Position numbers and translations under genes: made by a program. Below, in pieces: positions 34,581-46,800 of a stretch of 64,000 bases of DNA. The notes below the pieces were generated by a model that was not told the DNA's origin, ran no database searches, and worked only from the letters and a program-made list of their open reading frames with translations. Location of the stretch: assembly GCA_043228905.1 (NCBI GenBank), contig JBHGNT010000008.1, forward strand, positions 11,036,001-11,100,000, written 5' to 3'. The stretch's first letter is position 1. Every line of letters starts with the position of its first letter. This DNA comes from Azolla caroliniana (Eukaryota > Plantae > Polypodiophyta).

Positions 34581-37500
34581 TGTGGAAAGAATTGCGTGCA
34601 GAAGCAATATAGGAAATCAAACAATAGAAAACGCAGGTTTAATGGAAAGCTTAGGTTTGCATAGTACGAGCGGGAGAGACAGAGAGAGAGTAAACACACG
34701 AACTTAATTCAAAATATAATACTCAATCTGTACATAGGATGTGCTCAGTGAGCACTTTTATACAAGCCCTGACAATGGGCTGACCCAAGTACTGACAGTA
34801 CTTGACTGCTCATAAATGAGCCTCGACACTTACTCCCAAAACTATACCTTACGAGGAATATCTTCTAACGGCCTTTCGTCTACGCACTGATACGGCCTTC
34901 CTACGCACCGCTTTGCGTATCGGTTTACGCACTATTTTATGCACTGGTCCGGCCTAACCAATCGGTCCCAACCGATCCAATCCTCGGCTTGCTCAGCCGA
35001 TCCGGCCGATGTTGAACTTGTCTCTCAACATTCCCCCTCAAGCTCAACTTGAGGCTCTTTGGGATCTTCCGGATCACCGCTCCGGTTCCTCCTAGCTCCA
35101 CGCCTTGTTCGTGCTCCTCGGCCTGTTCAACTCCGCGGGCTTCAACCCTTACGGTTGATACAGCCCTTCACAGCTCCATTGCTATCGCGGTGTTGGCGCT
35201 TCTCCTGTTGCCTCCTTTTCCGCTTGGCCCTCGGTTGATTCAGTGTATCCGAATCAAACATTCGAACCGACTCGGCTACCTCCGATCAGTTTTAGCTCTC
35301 GTCCGAGTTGGTTGTCTCCAACTCGTTTTCAGTCTTCTCGCCCTTAACATGAGTGTCATCCCCCCCCTGCTTGGTTGGCTCCAGCTCTTCCTTCCGGCTG
35401 CTCCCCTTATGTCCGCTTTTGGACTCTTCCGCGGATCCGCCCTCGGCTTCTTCAACCGATCCGAAGTCGAATTCGTCATCCAACTCGGCATCGCGGTCTT
35501 CTCTCCCCTTTCCGTGGTCATTCGAGACATCTCTCCCCCTCAAGTTCGACACGTCGAGGTGACGCAACACAAGCGCACCCGAGAATTGCCGCAACTTGCC
35601 CAGCCCAAGAGGCTTGGTGAAGATGTCAGCGGTCTGCCGATCCGTCGGAACATATTGAAGTTCGACTTCACCAGACAGGACACGCTCACGGACAAAATGG
35701 TAGTGCACCTCAATGTGCTTGGTCCGTGCGTGGAAAACGGGGTAATGTACGCATAGTGATGCGCCATGTACTCGTTGTATCTCAACCGCACAACTGGGTT
35801 CTTTTGGCGGGTAGATCGGCGTAATCGGTCATTAGCCGATATCGAGGTCTTCTCGGCCGACACAGACTTCGCTCTTGAAGACCCGTCGCCGTTTCCCTCG
35901 GAGTTGGACTTGCGTCGGCCTGACTCGTTCCTATCCATGCCAGAATCCGACACCTTCTTCTTCCCTTTCTCTTTGTGCGTAAGCCGTCTCTACTACTCGC
36001 CGGCTCTTCATCGGACTGGTCGAACCGACTCAGTCGTCCATTCGGTCCACTTAACCAAAATGAAATTGGACACTCTTCGCGGGTCCCGATTTCAGGCTCA
36101 TCGGGAGGCATCTCAGCCTCGCTGACCTCATCGTCAGAACTCGGATTGGAGGTGAGGTCCGGAGTTGGAGGCCGGTACCAGGACGTAGACTCATCAAACA
36201 CAACATCGCGGCTTATGTGCGCTTGTTTGGTGCGCGGGTTATAGCACTTATAGCCCTTCTGCTCGTTCGAATAGCCGACCAAGATACACTTCTGGGCTTT
36301 CGTGTCCAACTTCCTCCTTTTCTCTTGTGGCACATGCACATACGCAATGCTACCAAAAACTCGTAAGTGTCGCAAGTTCGGCTTTGTTCCGAAGTATAGC
36401 TCGTGTGCCGACACTTTGTCTCCAATCCGATTCTGGATGTATACGGCGGTCCTTACCGCCTCGGCCCAGTAGAACTTCGGCAAGCTCTTCTCTTCCAGCA
36501 TTGCCCATGCCGCTTCCACAACCGATTGATTTTTCCTCTCGGCCACGCCGTTTTGTTCCGGCGTGTATCTACAACTGAATTCGCGTTGAATTTCCATCTG
36601 TTGTAGATAACCGTTTAATTGACTGGGAAAGTATTCTCTTCTGCCATCCGACCGTAGGCACTTGATCTTTCTTCCTCTTTCCGTTTCCACGAACCCTTTG
36701 AGGTCCCCAAAACAGTCGAAGAGTTCGCTCTTCCTCTCAATGAGGTAGATCCACGTGTGCCGCGTGTAGTTGTCAATGAAGGAGATGAAATATCGGCCCC
36801 CACACATCGGAGTGTATCAAGTCAAGCTTGTTCCGACTCCGGTTATGCTCGTTGGGGAAGGGAAGTCGGTGTTGTTTCCCAAGTTGGTAGGCTTCAAAAA
36901 TTTGTGCCTTCCGGCCACTAAATTTGGGCAATCCGAACACCACTTGTTTCAATTGCAGGTCTTGATGCCATTGGTAGCTGACGTGGCCTATCCACTTGTG
37001 CTATAAGTCGATGTCCGACTCAACTTTTTGTCCCTTCGCGAACATTGCGGTGCCATCGTCAGTAGAGTCGAGGATGAACATCTTCCCATCTTTGCGACCT
37101 TGTGCAATAACACGACCTTCTTCCTCAATGAAGCACCTGAGGTGTGTAAACCGAACCTGCATCCCCTGGTCGACGATCTACCCGATCATCACCAGATTCT
37201 TCGTGATTGTCGGAACGTGTAGCACGTTCATGAGTTTCCCTTTCTGCTTGACATGGCTCAATGGAACTTCTCCGACATTCGCAATCGAATGTTGTTGAGG
37301 TTGTCGTAGTAGATCGTCGTCAGATTGGACACCGCCACTTGCAGATCCTTAAGTAGTCGTTTTAGCTAGATGGCTTCGCATGTGGCGACAACCGCTCCTC
37401 TATACTCGGCTTCGGTGCTCGAGAGTGCAACTATCGGCTGCTTCTTGCTACTCCACGCGATTGCGACGCTCCCAAGAGAGAACGTGAATCTGGATGTGGA

Positions 37501-38802
37501 TCGGTTATCACCGGCGTTTCCGGCCCAATTAGCATCGGTGTAACCGACTAACTATGGGGCAGTATCGGTCCAATATAGTTGTCCCAGGTCCTTAGTGCCA
37601 CTGACGTACTGGAGTACGCGTTGTGCGCACTGAAGGTGGTCCTTGGTTGGCCGTGCCATGAACTCGCTAATTACACCGACCGGGTAACTGACATCTGGTC
37701 GAATGATAGTCAAGTATATGAGGCTTCCGACAATCTATCTGAACCTCTTCTGGTCGCAAACCTTTCTGGAGTCGCGACGAAGCTTGACGGTTCTATCCAG
37801 AGGAGTCGAGATGGACTTACTATCTACAATCTCGAACTTGAAGAGCATACACAACACGTAATGTCGTTGGCTAATCAGTATGCCTTCGGGTGTACGGATC
37901 ACTTTGATCCCGAGGAAGTAATGAAGGTGCCCCAGGTCCTTCATGTGAAATGATGCCGCGAGCTGGAGCTTTACGCGGTCAATTTCACCTAGGTCAGCGT
38001 CGGTGATGACCAAGTCATCAACATAAAGTAAAATACTATCCGGCCCAAGTCGACCTTTCTGAATGAACAACGAAGAGTCTGATTTGGACATCACAAATCC
38101 CATCTGACGCAATCGCTGTGTGATTTTCACAGGGCTTGCTTTAGTCCGTAAAGGGACTTCTTCAACCGGCAGACTGCCAAGGTGTTCATTCCGGAATGAA
38201 ATCCGGGGGGTTGTACCATGTACACCTGTTCCTCAAGCTCGCCTTGCAGGAACACATTCTTGATATCCATCTAATGTAAATGCAACCTCTTCGCCGCAAC
38301 TACCACAAGCAAAACACGGACGGTGTCATGAAGATCCATCACTACGTGCAGATCGCGAGGTGGAACCGCCGGGGTTCTCGACCGGAAGGATAAGATGTTT
38401 GCACTAGCTTTAGCGAGAAAGGATTTAAGATAGATTGAAAGAGAGAGAGATTGAGATAAGATAGAATGCTCAACTTTAGATTGAGAGAGAGATTAAGATT
38501 GAACTCTTGACTTTAGATTTGAAGAACAAGATTGATACATCAATTGGATAACAAATTTTCTTACTTTTAATTTCTTGATTAATACATCACCCTTTTCTCT
38601 TTTTCATCCACTCTTTTATAGATGCCTCCATGCATATGATGCATGTGGGGTACAAGACATGCATAAAATGCATGATGCATGTTTGTCATTTAGCGCTCAT
38701 CCGTTACATGTGATGCATGATAACCATGTCACTCTTAAGTTGTTATATGAGAATTTTCAAGTAAAACTATAATGATAAAAATATAACTTTAAGGAAATGA
38801 CT

Positions 38803-38872
38803 TGGCTTAGTGGTAAGTATATTGCTTTTTATCTTGGAGGTCCAAGGTTCAAGTCTTGCTTACATCCCTTTT
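38803..38872 (+). other. Degenerate tRNA/SINE-like Pol III promoter cassette
   Basis: A box TGGCTTAGTGG (38803-38813), B box GGTTCAAGTCT (38846-38856), 32-nt spacing, TTTT at 38869-38872. Confidence 0.55.
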
Positions 38873-39320
38873 AAAGCACAAAATACTATTAGGCTTTTTC
38901 ATCAAATATCTTTAAAACACCATGCACCGCGATCAATCGACTCGATCGATCCGTCCGATTTCCATCCGTTCGGTTTGGCCCGGTTCGGTTCGCATCCCGA
39001 GGTCGCCGGATGCTAGTAACCGGGTTTGCCGACACCGGTCGGTCGCCAGTTGCCGGTTGCCGGTTCCGTCGCCGGTCGCCAAATGCCGGTTTTGTTGCCG
39101 GATGCCGGTCATCGTCCGTTTCCGTCACCGCATGCCAGTCACCGATCGCTGGATGCCATCACCGTCTGTCCATACGGTTCCGGCTCTATCGCCGTCCAAA
39201 AGCAATGAACTTGGCTACATCAATTTGTCAAGTCATTCAACTCATCCTTTCTATTCTCCACACATAGACACAAACATAATAGCTTTTCCTCTACCTTATA
39301 TATGGTCAGATCCTTATTAG

Positions 39321-39438
39321 TCCTGTGTATGTGGGATATCTCACAATTTTTTATTTTTCTCTTTTTATTTGCAAACTTTCCTGTGTATGTGGGATATCTC
39401 ACAATTTTTTATTTTTCTCTTTTTATTTGCAAACTTTC
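39321..39438. repeat. 58-bp tandem duplication
   Basis: TCCTGTGTATGTGGGATATCTCAC... starts at 39321 and again at 39379. Confidence 0.9.
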
Positions 39439-42400
39439 TACCCACATAACTTGACACTTAGATGTCCGTTTGTTATGTGGCAAAGTGCATTCAAAAGCTC
39501 TTCAAGACCTCTATCTTTTTGTACTTATTTAAAATAGTATCTTCACTATTATTGTTTTATATTTCCTGAGACGAACCACACTCGATTTTGTACAGTCCAT
39601 GTAATTTTCACATCGTGGGCGAAAATCTTTATGACAACGGTCCTCATCTTTGCGATCGACGCAAACGTCTCATCGTAGTCGATGCCATGTTATTGCACGT
39701 AGCCTTTCACTACTAATCGGGCCTTGTATCGGTTGACCAAGTCGTCGGTGTTGTACTTGACCTTGTATACCCACCTACATCCGATCGGCTTCACTCCCTT
39801 CGGTGCGTCAACTAGGTCCCAGGTTTCATTCGCCGCCAATGCGTGCATCTCCTCCTCCATTGTGGCACGCCAATTTGCTTCCTTTGCCGCTTCTACGTAG
39901 CTCTCCGGCTCAGGCACTTCCGGTACACGCGTCATGTACACATAGTGATGTGCCATGTACTCGTTGTATCCGAACTGCACAACAGGGTTCTTTTGGCGGG
40001 TAGATCGGTGTAATTGCTCATTAGCCGATGTTGAGGCTTCGTTGGCCGATGCGAACTTCGCTCTCGAAGGCCCGTCATCGCTCTTCTCGGAGTCAGATTC
40101 ACATCGATCCGACTCGCCCTTATCCGTGCCATACTCTGGCATCTTCTTCTTCCCTTTTTCCTTGCGCGTAAACCGTCTCTTCGGCTTCTCGTGTGGGGGA
40201 ATGCACGACCAAGTCTCCACTACTCGCCGACTCTTCTTTGGACTGGTCAAACCAACCCAGTCGTTCGTTCGGTCCACTTAGCCGAAATGAAATCGGAGTC
40301 TCATCGAGGGTGTTGATTTCGTGGTCATCCGGAGTCATTTCAGCCTCGTTGACCTCATCATTAGAACTCAGGTCTAGAGGTCCGTAGTTGGAGTTGAGGT
40401 TCGGAGTCAGACGCAAGTATCAAGCTGTGGAGTCGTCAAACCCAACATCGCAGCTCGCGCGAGCTTCTTTGGTTCGGGGGTTCTAATACTTATAACCCTT
40501 CTGTTCGTCCGAATAACTGACCAAGTTACACTTCTTGGCTTTCGTGTCCAGCTTCCTCCATTTCTCCTTCGGCACATGCACATACGCAATGCTACCGAAA
40601 ACTCTCAAGTGTTGTTATTCGGATTCCTTCCCAAATACAACTCATGCGCTGACACCTTTTCTCCGATCCGATTTTGGAGGTAGACGGCAGTTCATACCGC
40701 TTCGGCCCAATAGAACTTGGGCAAGCTCTTTTCTTCCAGCATTGCCCGCGCCGGTTCCACAACCGACCGATTTTTTCTTTCGGCTACGCGGTTTTGCTCC
40801 GGCATATACCTGTAATTGAATTCGTGCCGAATTCCCATTTGTTGTAGATAACTGTTGAATTGGCCGGAAAAGTACTCTTTTCCGCCATCCGACCACAGGC
40901 ACATGATCTTTCTCCCTGTTTCCCTTTCTACGAAGCTTTTGAGGTCCCGGAAACAGTCAAAGACTTCAGTCTTCTTTTCAATGAGATAGATCCACGTGTG
41001 CCGCGTGTAGTCGTCGATTAAGGAGACAAAATATCGACTCCTGCCAAGACTAACGTTTTGTGCCGGCCCCCATACATCCGAATGTATCAAGTCGAGCTTG
41101 TTCCGGCTCCGGTTACGCTCGTTGGGGAAAGGAAGTCGATGTTGCTTCCCTAGCTGGCAGGCTTCACAAATTTGGGCAATCCGAACACAACTTGTTTCGA
41201 TTGCAGGTCCTGAAGCCTTTGATAGTTATCGTGGCCTATCCACTTGTGCCACAAGTTGAGATCTGACTCGACTTTTTGTCCTTTTACGAACATTGCGGTG
41301 CCAACGTCATCGGTGTTGAGGATAAACATCCTCCCGTCTCTGCGCCCTTTCGCAATAACTTGGCCTTCTTCCTCGATGAAGCACCCGAGATGCGTGAACC
41401 AGACATGCATCCCCTGGTCGACGATCTGCCTGACAGACACTAGATTCTTCATGATTGTTGAGACGTGTAACACGTTCATGAGTTTCCCTTTTTGCACGAC
41501 ATGGCTCAGGGGAACTTCACCGACATTCTCGATTGGATGCGGAGTGTCGTCTCCTGTTGCGACTCCTCCCGGTTGCATCGGTGTCTCAAGGTATGAGAAC
41601 CACTCCTTATGATTCATCATATGGTTTGACGCGCCAGAGTGAATGTACCACACCTCGTCCAATTTCGGGGTGGTCGTCTTCATCGAGTTTGCTTCGTATC
41701 TCGTCATGAAGGTTGCCCCCTTTCCGACTTTTTTGGATCCTTCGACATAGTGCGATCACTACCAATTTCCTTTACCTGTTTTTCCGGATCTGGATCCGGT
41801 TTTCTCCGAATCGGTGCACTTCTTCCAGCACTCGCTCTCCTTGTGGCCTTTCTTGCCATAGTACCAGCATTTCGTGACGGATTTCCCTTGCCGATTCTCG
41901 TCAGCTCGACTCCCCATGTTTCCGGAGGGTTCAGAATTGTTGTCGGCATCACTTCAGTGTCTTCTTCCTTGATCCCATCGGCTGCCTCCATTGCACACCG
42001 ACTCACCTCGTCCGCGATGACCACAGGGTCTATCTCCCTCCGTGTACAACATCTTGCTATCGGTGTGCGTACTCGTCAATGCACCCGCGTGGTTCTCCTC
42101 TATAAGGAGCATCGACTGTAGGTCGAAAATCGACGGCATATTCTCCCGTGTGCACACAACAGTTCGGAACGCTCCAAACTTCGACACCAGTTCCCCAAGA
42201 TAGCTCTGCACCATTTCTCCTTCCTTGACGTTCACATCAAAGGAGGCTAAGGAGTCGCATATATCTTTGATCTTTGAGGTGTAATCAACCACCTACAAAT
42301 TGCGTTGTCGCAAGTTGCTTAGCTCCTGTCGGAGTTGGAGCTTTCTAGCTATGGTGCTTGTGGCGAAAATCTTTTTCAGAGTTCCCTAAGCATCCTTCGG

Positions 42401-43863
42401 CGTTCTCGCATCCCGAATATAGGTCAGAAGTTATTCGCCCAAACAAGATGCGTAGCAATAGAGAACTTTGCTCGCTGACTATTCCCAAGCCAGGAAGTCT
42501 TTGTGTGTTGAATCAAGTGTTGTGTCATTTGCTCCGTCGACATAGGTTCAATATCCATGCCCGAGCAGGTACTGGTGCATCTTGTACGACCAAGATGCAT
42601 AGTTGTTTCTGTCGAGCTTCTCGGTCGGAAGCTTGCTAGCCATGCCTCTATCCATTCGGTTTTTTTCTATTCTTTTCGAAGGTTAGGTTTTCTTCTCGAG
42701 CTAAGGTCGGCTGCAAAGGTTCTCAACCCTCATGCTCTGATACCATGTAAAAAGAATTATGTGCGAAAGCAACAGAAAACCGAACGTAGGAAAAAACACA
42801 GGTTTAATGGAAAGATTGGACTCACACAGTACACGGGAGAGATAGAGAGAGAGAGGGAGAGAGAATCAATACACACCACTCTTTCTAAAAATAATACTTA
42901 GTCTGTACATAGGATGTGCTCAGTGAGCACTTTTATACAAGTCCATACGGACTAACAGAAGCACTGACACATACTTCAGTGCTCATAACTAAGCTCTACA
43001 CTAACTCCCAAAATATATTCCTACTCGGAATATCTTTCCAACGGCCTCGCGGTTTATGCACCACTACGGCTTCTCATTGCGCACCGGTTTGCGTACCGGT
43101 TTACGCACCCGGTTTACACACTGGTTCGGCCTAACCGATTGGTCCCAACCGATCCGGTTCTTGACTTGCACAACCGATCCGGCCAATGTTGAGCTTGAAT
43201 CTCAACACTTTTGGCAACAAGTTGTCCACCCATGATTTTTTGGGGTGAAATTGACACAACAAAAGGTGACAATGTCTTTGCAACCGTTGGCCATTTACAA
43301 TAATCCAAGATTGACGGTCTGTTGCAACCACATTAATTATGACATTATATGATGTCCAACATTTATCAATCACTATCGCATTTGGCGTCACCATGGGAAT
43401 CCTTGCAAATATGACTTCAAGTAAGTTTCTAATGCGACTTGCTCATGGTTTGACCCCTTATCAGAACTACAACACATGAACCATAACAAGATCCCAATTC
43501 CCATGGCGTTGGGGACAACAATTGCATATATTGCCAACACGAATTGGTTTGTTTTAAATGTCGACTCAATTGCGCAAGAGTTGTTTAGGGTCATTTACAA
43601 CCGTTGCCCATTTACAATAATCCAAGATTGACGGTCTATTGCAACCACATTAATTATGACATTATATGATATCCAACATTTATCAATCACTATCGCATTT
43701 AGCGTCACCATGGGAATCCCTGCAAATATGACTTCAAGTAAGTTTCTAATGTGACTTGCTCATGGTTTGACCCCTTATCAAAACTACAACACATGAACCA
43801 TAACAAGATCCCAATTCCCATGGCGTTGGGGACAACAACTGCATATATTGCCAACACGAATTG

Positions 43864-46800
43864 TGTTGGGAGACAGGTCCCTCCGGATGGGAAGGAAGAA
43901 GAAGAACAGTGCCGACGAACAAACTCGGCTGAAGCTGAAACGGTATGAGGAGTACCCGGCTACGGAGAGCCGGATGATACAGACCCGGTGAGGACCGGAT
44001 GAGGAGTACCCGGCTACGGAGAGCCGGATGATGCAGTCCCTGTGAAGACCGGATGAGGAGTTCCCGGCTACGGAGAGCCGGATGATACAGTCCCGGTGAA
44101 GACCGGATGAGGAGTACTCGGCTACGGAAAGCCGGATGATACAGGTCCGGTATGAACCGGATGAGGAGTACCCGGCTACAGAGAGCCGGATGGTGCAAAA
44201 CCGGTGAGAACCGGAGGAAGAGACATATTCATAAATATGTTTCTGAGAGCCCATCGAGGATATATTTGTAAATAGCCGAAAAGTCATATTAGTATAAATA
44301 TGACTTAGGGCAAACTTTTAGTTGTTGTTGTCATTCTTCCTTGTTGGTGCAAGAAGAAGAGAGAGAACGTAATAGTGTACAGAGAGAGAGAGAGAGAAAG
44401 AGGTCGTTGCCTTTGTTGTAACCGCCACGTGTGGCGAAGATCTGTGAGCACAAGGTCATTGCCTCAGTGAACTCACTGTTGTACATTCTAACATAGTGAC
44501 AGTTTGCAGCCTGTGGGCTGCCGTGGTTTTTCCCTCTTTGGGTTTTCCACGTAAACCTCCTGTGTATCTTCCTCTCCTTTGTGTCGTGTTTTATTTCCCG
44601 TTTTCTGTGTATCATTCTACGCTCGGTTGTGGCCGAGCGTCGCGCATAAGGAACGTCGGGTTCCTGTCAAGTGATATCAGAGCGAAATCGACACAGAAAA
44701 TGGACGAATCATTTGGCGGCATGTTCAAGCTCATCGGCTCCAACTATTCAGTATGGAAGTCGAAGATGAGGGACATGCTCATTGTTAAAGACATCTGGCT
44801 GCCGGTTTAGTTCGGGGACAAGAGACCGGACAAAATCGACGCCGCGATATGGGAGGTGATGCACATGAAGACAATGGCGTACATACGGTGCTTCATCGAC
44901 ATGAGCCTATACAACAACTTCAATGAAGAGAGCAAGGCTCATGAGCTCTGAGAGAAGATCGGCATAATGTTTCAAAACAAAAATGCTGTTAATCAGGTTT
45001 CGGTATTCCGGAAGCTAGTAAGACTCCGGTACCAAGATGGCTCCAGCATGGCGGAGCATATGAATGCCTTCCAGGGGCTGATACACTAGGCAACGTCATT
45101 GGAAGTACCTCTTGCCGATGAGGTACTAGCGCTACTCCTGCTCGATTCCCTCCCGGATAGCTGGGAGATGTTGGTTGTCACTTTGGGCAACGCCGGGCCG
45201 GAAGGAAAACGGTTATCCCTAGCAAGAGTAAAGTCGAGCTTGCTAGATGAGGAGGCGCGTCGGAAAGAAAAAGATATGAGCTCCAACTCCAAAGCGCTTC
45301 TTACCGAATCGGAACGCGGAAGACATAGAAACCGTAGTCCCCAGAACCGGGAGAAGTCGGGGACACGGTCAAAGTCAAGGGGGAGGCCTACTTGCTTCTA
45401 TTGCGGCAAGCCGGGACACTTCCAAAAGAGCTGTCGGCATTTTCGTAAAGACAAGGAAACCGACGGTACTGATTTGAAGCAAACCCCGGACCGGAATGGT
45501 AAAGACCGGAAGGGGACGGACTGGAAGGGAACGACGGCAATCGCGGCAAGTGAAGAAGAGTTGATGCTCATCACCGAGGAGAGTGAGATAAACCTTGCCG
45601 GCGACGAGATGACCTGGGTGGTAGACTCCGAAGCGTCGTTCCACCTTACCCCGGACCGGAAATGCTTCTCATCCTACTCAGCCGGTGACCACGGCTGTGT
45701 CCGGATGGGAAATGAAGGTACATGCCGAATTATCGGCATAGGAGACGTGTGGCTGTCAACACCAACCGGATGCAAGTTGCTATTGAAGGATGTCCGACAC
45801 GTTCCGGAGGTTCGTCTGAACCTGATATCAACCGGTCGGCTAGATGATGAAGGCTACATGGGTAGCATCCGGAACGGGGTCATGAAGTTCAGCAAAGGGA
45901 GCCTAATTGTGGCTCGGGCCCGGAAGGTCAACACACTGTACCTGATGAATGCCCGGTTATGTCCGGAAGAAGTGAACGTGGCATCCGACACTGCCGGTGA
46001 GCTGTGGCAGAAGAGGCTGTGTCATATGAGCGAGAAGGGGATGAAGAGGCTTGCAGATGACGACCTCATTCCAGTGAAGAACGTGCACTTAGAGAAGTGC
46101 ACTGATTGTCTGGCCGATAAGCAGAACCGGACCTCCTTTCAATCAAGGCCACCGATGAGACGTAATGCACCACTGGAGTTGGTGCATACGGATGTGTGTC
46201 AAGTAGACACGAAGTCACATGCCGGAGTGCAGTACTTCGTGACGTTCATAGATGACCACAGCCGGAAGTTGTGGGCCACACCGTTGAAGACAAAGGATTA
46301 GGTGTTATCCGTCTTCAAAGAGCTCCACGCGAGAGTGGAACGAGAAACCGGCTGGAAGCTGAAGGCGGTTCGAGCAGACAACGGAGGAGAATACCGGGTG
46401 CAGTTCGAGGAGTACTGCCGCTCGAAGGGAATCCGGCTCGAATTTACCGTGCCGAAGACGCCGGAACTAAACGGACTGGCCGAGAGGATGAACCAGAACA
46501 TAATGGAGAGGGTCCGGAGTATGCTAGTGCATGCAAAACTACCCAAGAAGTTTTGGGCTGAGGCACTGTCGACGGCGACATACGTGATAAATATATCACC
46601 CTCAGTACCCTTGGACGGAGACACGCCACAGAGACTGTGGACCGGTAAGGAAGTATCCTACCGGCATCTGAAGGTATTCGGGTGTCTCGCGTATGTGCAT
46701 GTAGCTAAGAACCGGAGAGGAAAGCTAGATCCAAAGACCCGGCCATGCATATTCCTCGGTTACGGTGACGATGAGTTCGGCTACCGAGTGTGGGACCCAG

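Larger units (their letters stand above)
38324..39636 (-). mobile_element. 1313-bp non-coding insertion, probable solo LTR, with 4-bp TSD ACGG
   Basis: Termini TGTCATGAAGAT...ATCTTTATGACA (12-bp inverted repeat, 1 mismatch); ACGG at 38320-38323 and 39637-39640. Removing it restores the copia RT frame MRTVRV. TATA-like CTATAAAA on the minus strand at about 38614-38621. Confidence 0.85.
34581..43207 (-). mobile_element. Chimeric decayed Ty1/copia family G with two integrase segments
   Basis: 5' LTR 42746-43207 with iMet PBS at 42734-42745; 3' LTR 34581-35030 with PPT at 35031-35041. The LTRs are clearly diverged and the flanks (GCGGT / CTTTT) do not match. INT at 40692-41090 and 35782-36807; RT YVDD in 37735-38130. 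Confidence 0.88.

Noticed and set aside
38803-38872. Functional tRNA gene
   Set aside because: A and B boxes are present but no acceptor or anticodon stems can be formed.
34581-43207. Single intact copia element
   Set aside because: Diverged LTRs, no TSD, duplicated integrase and many stops.
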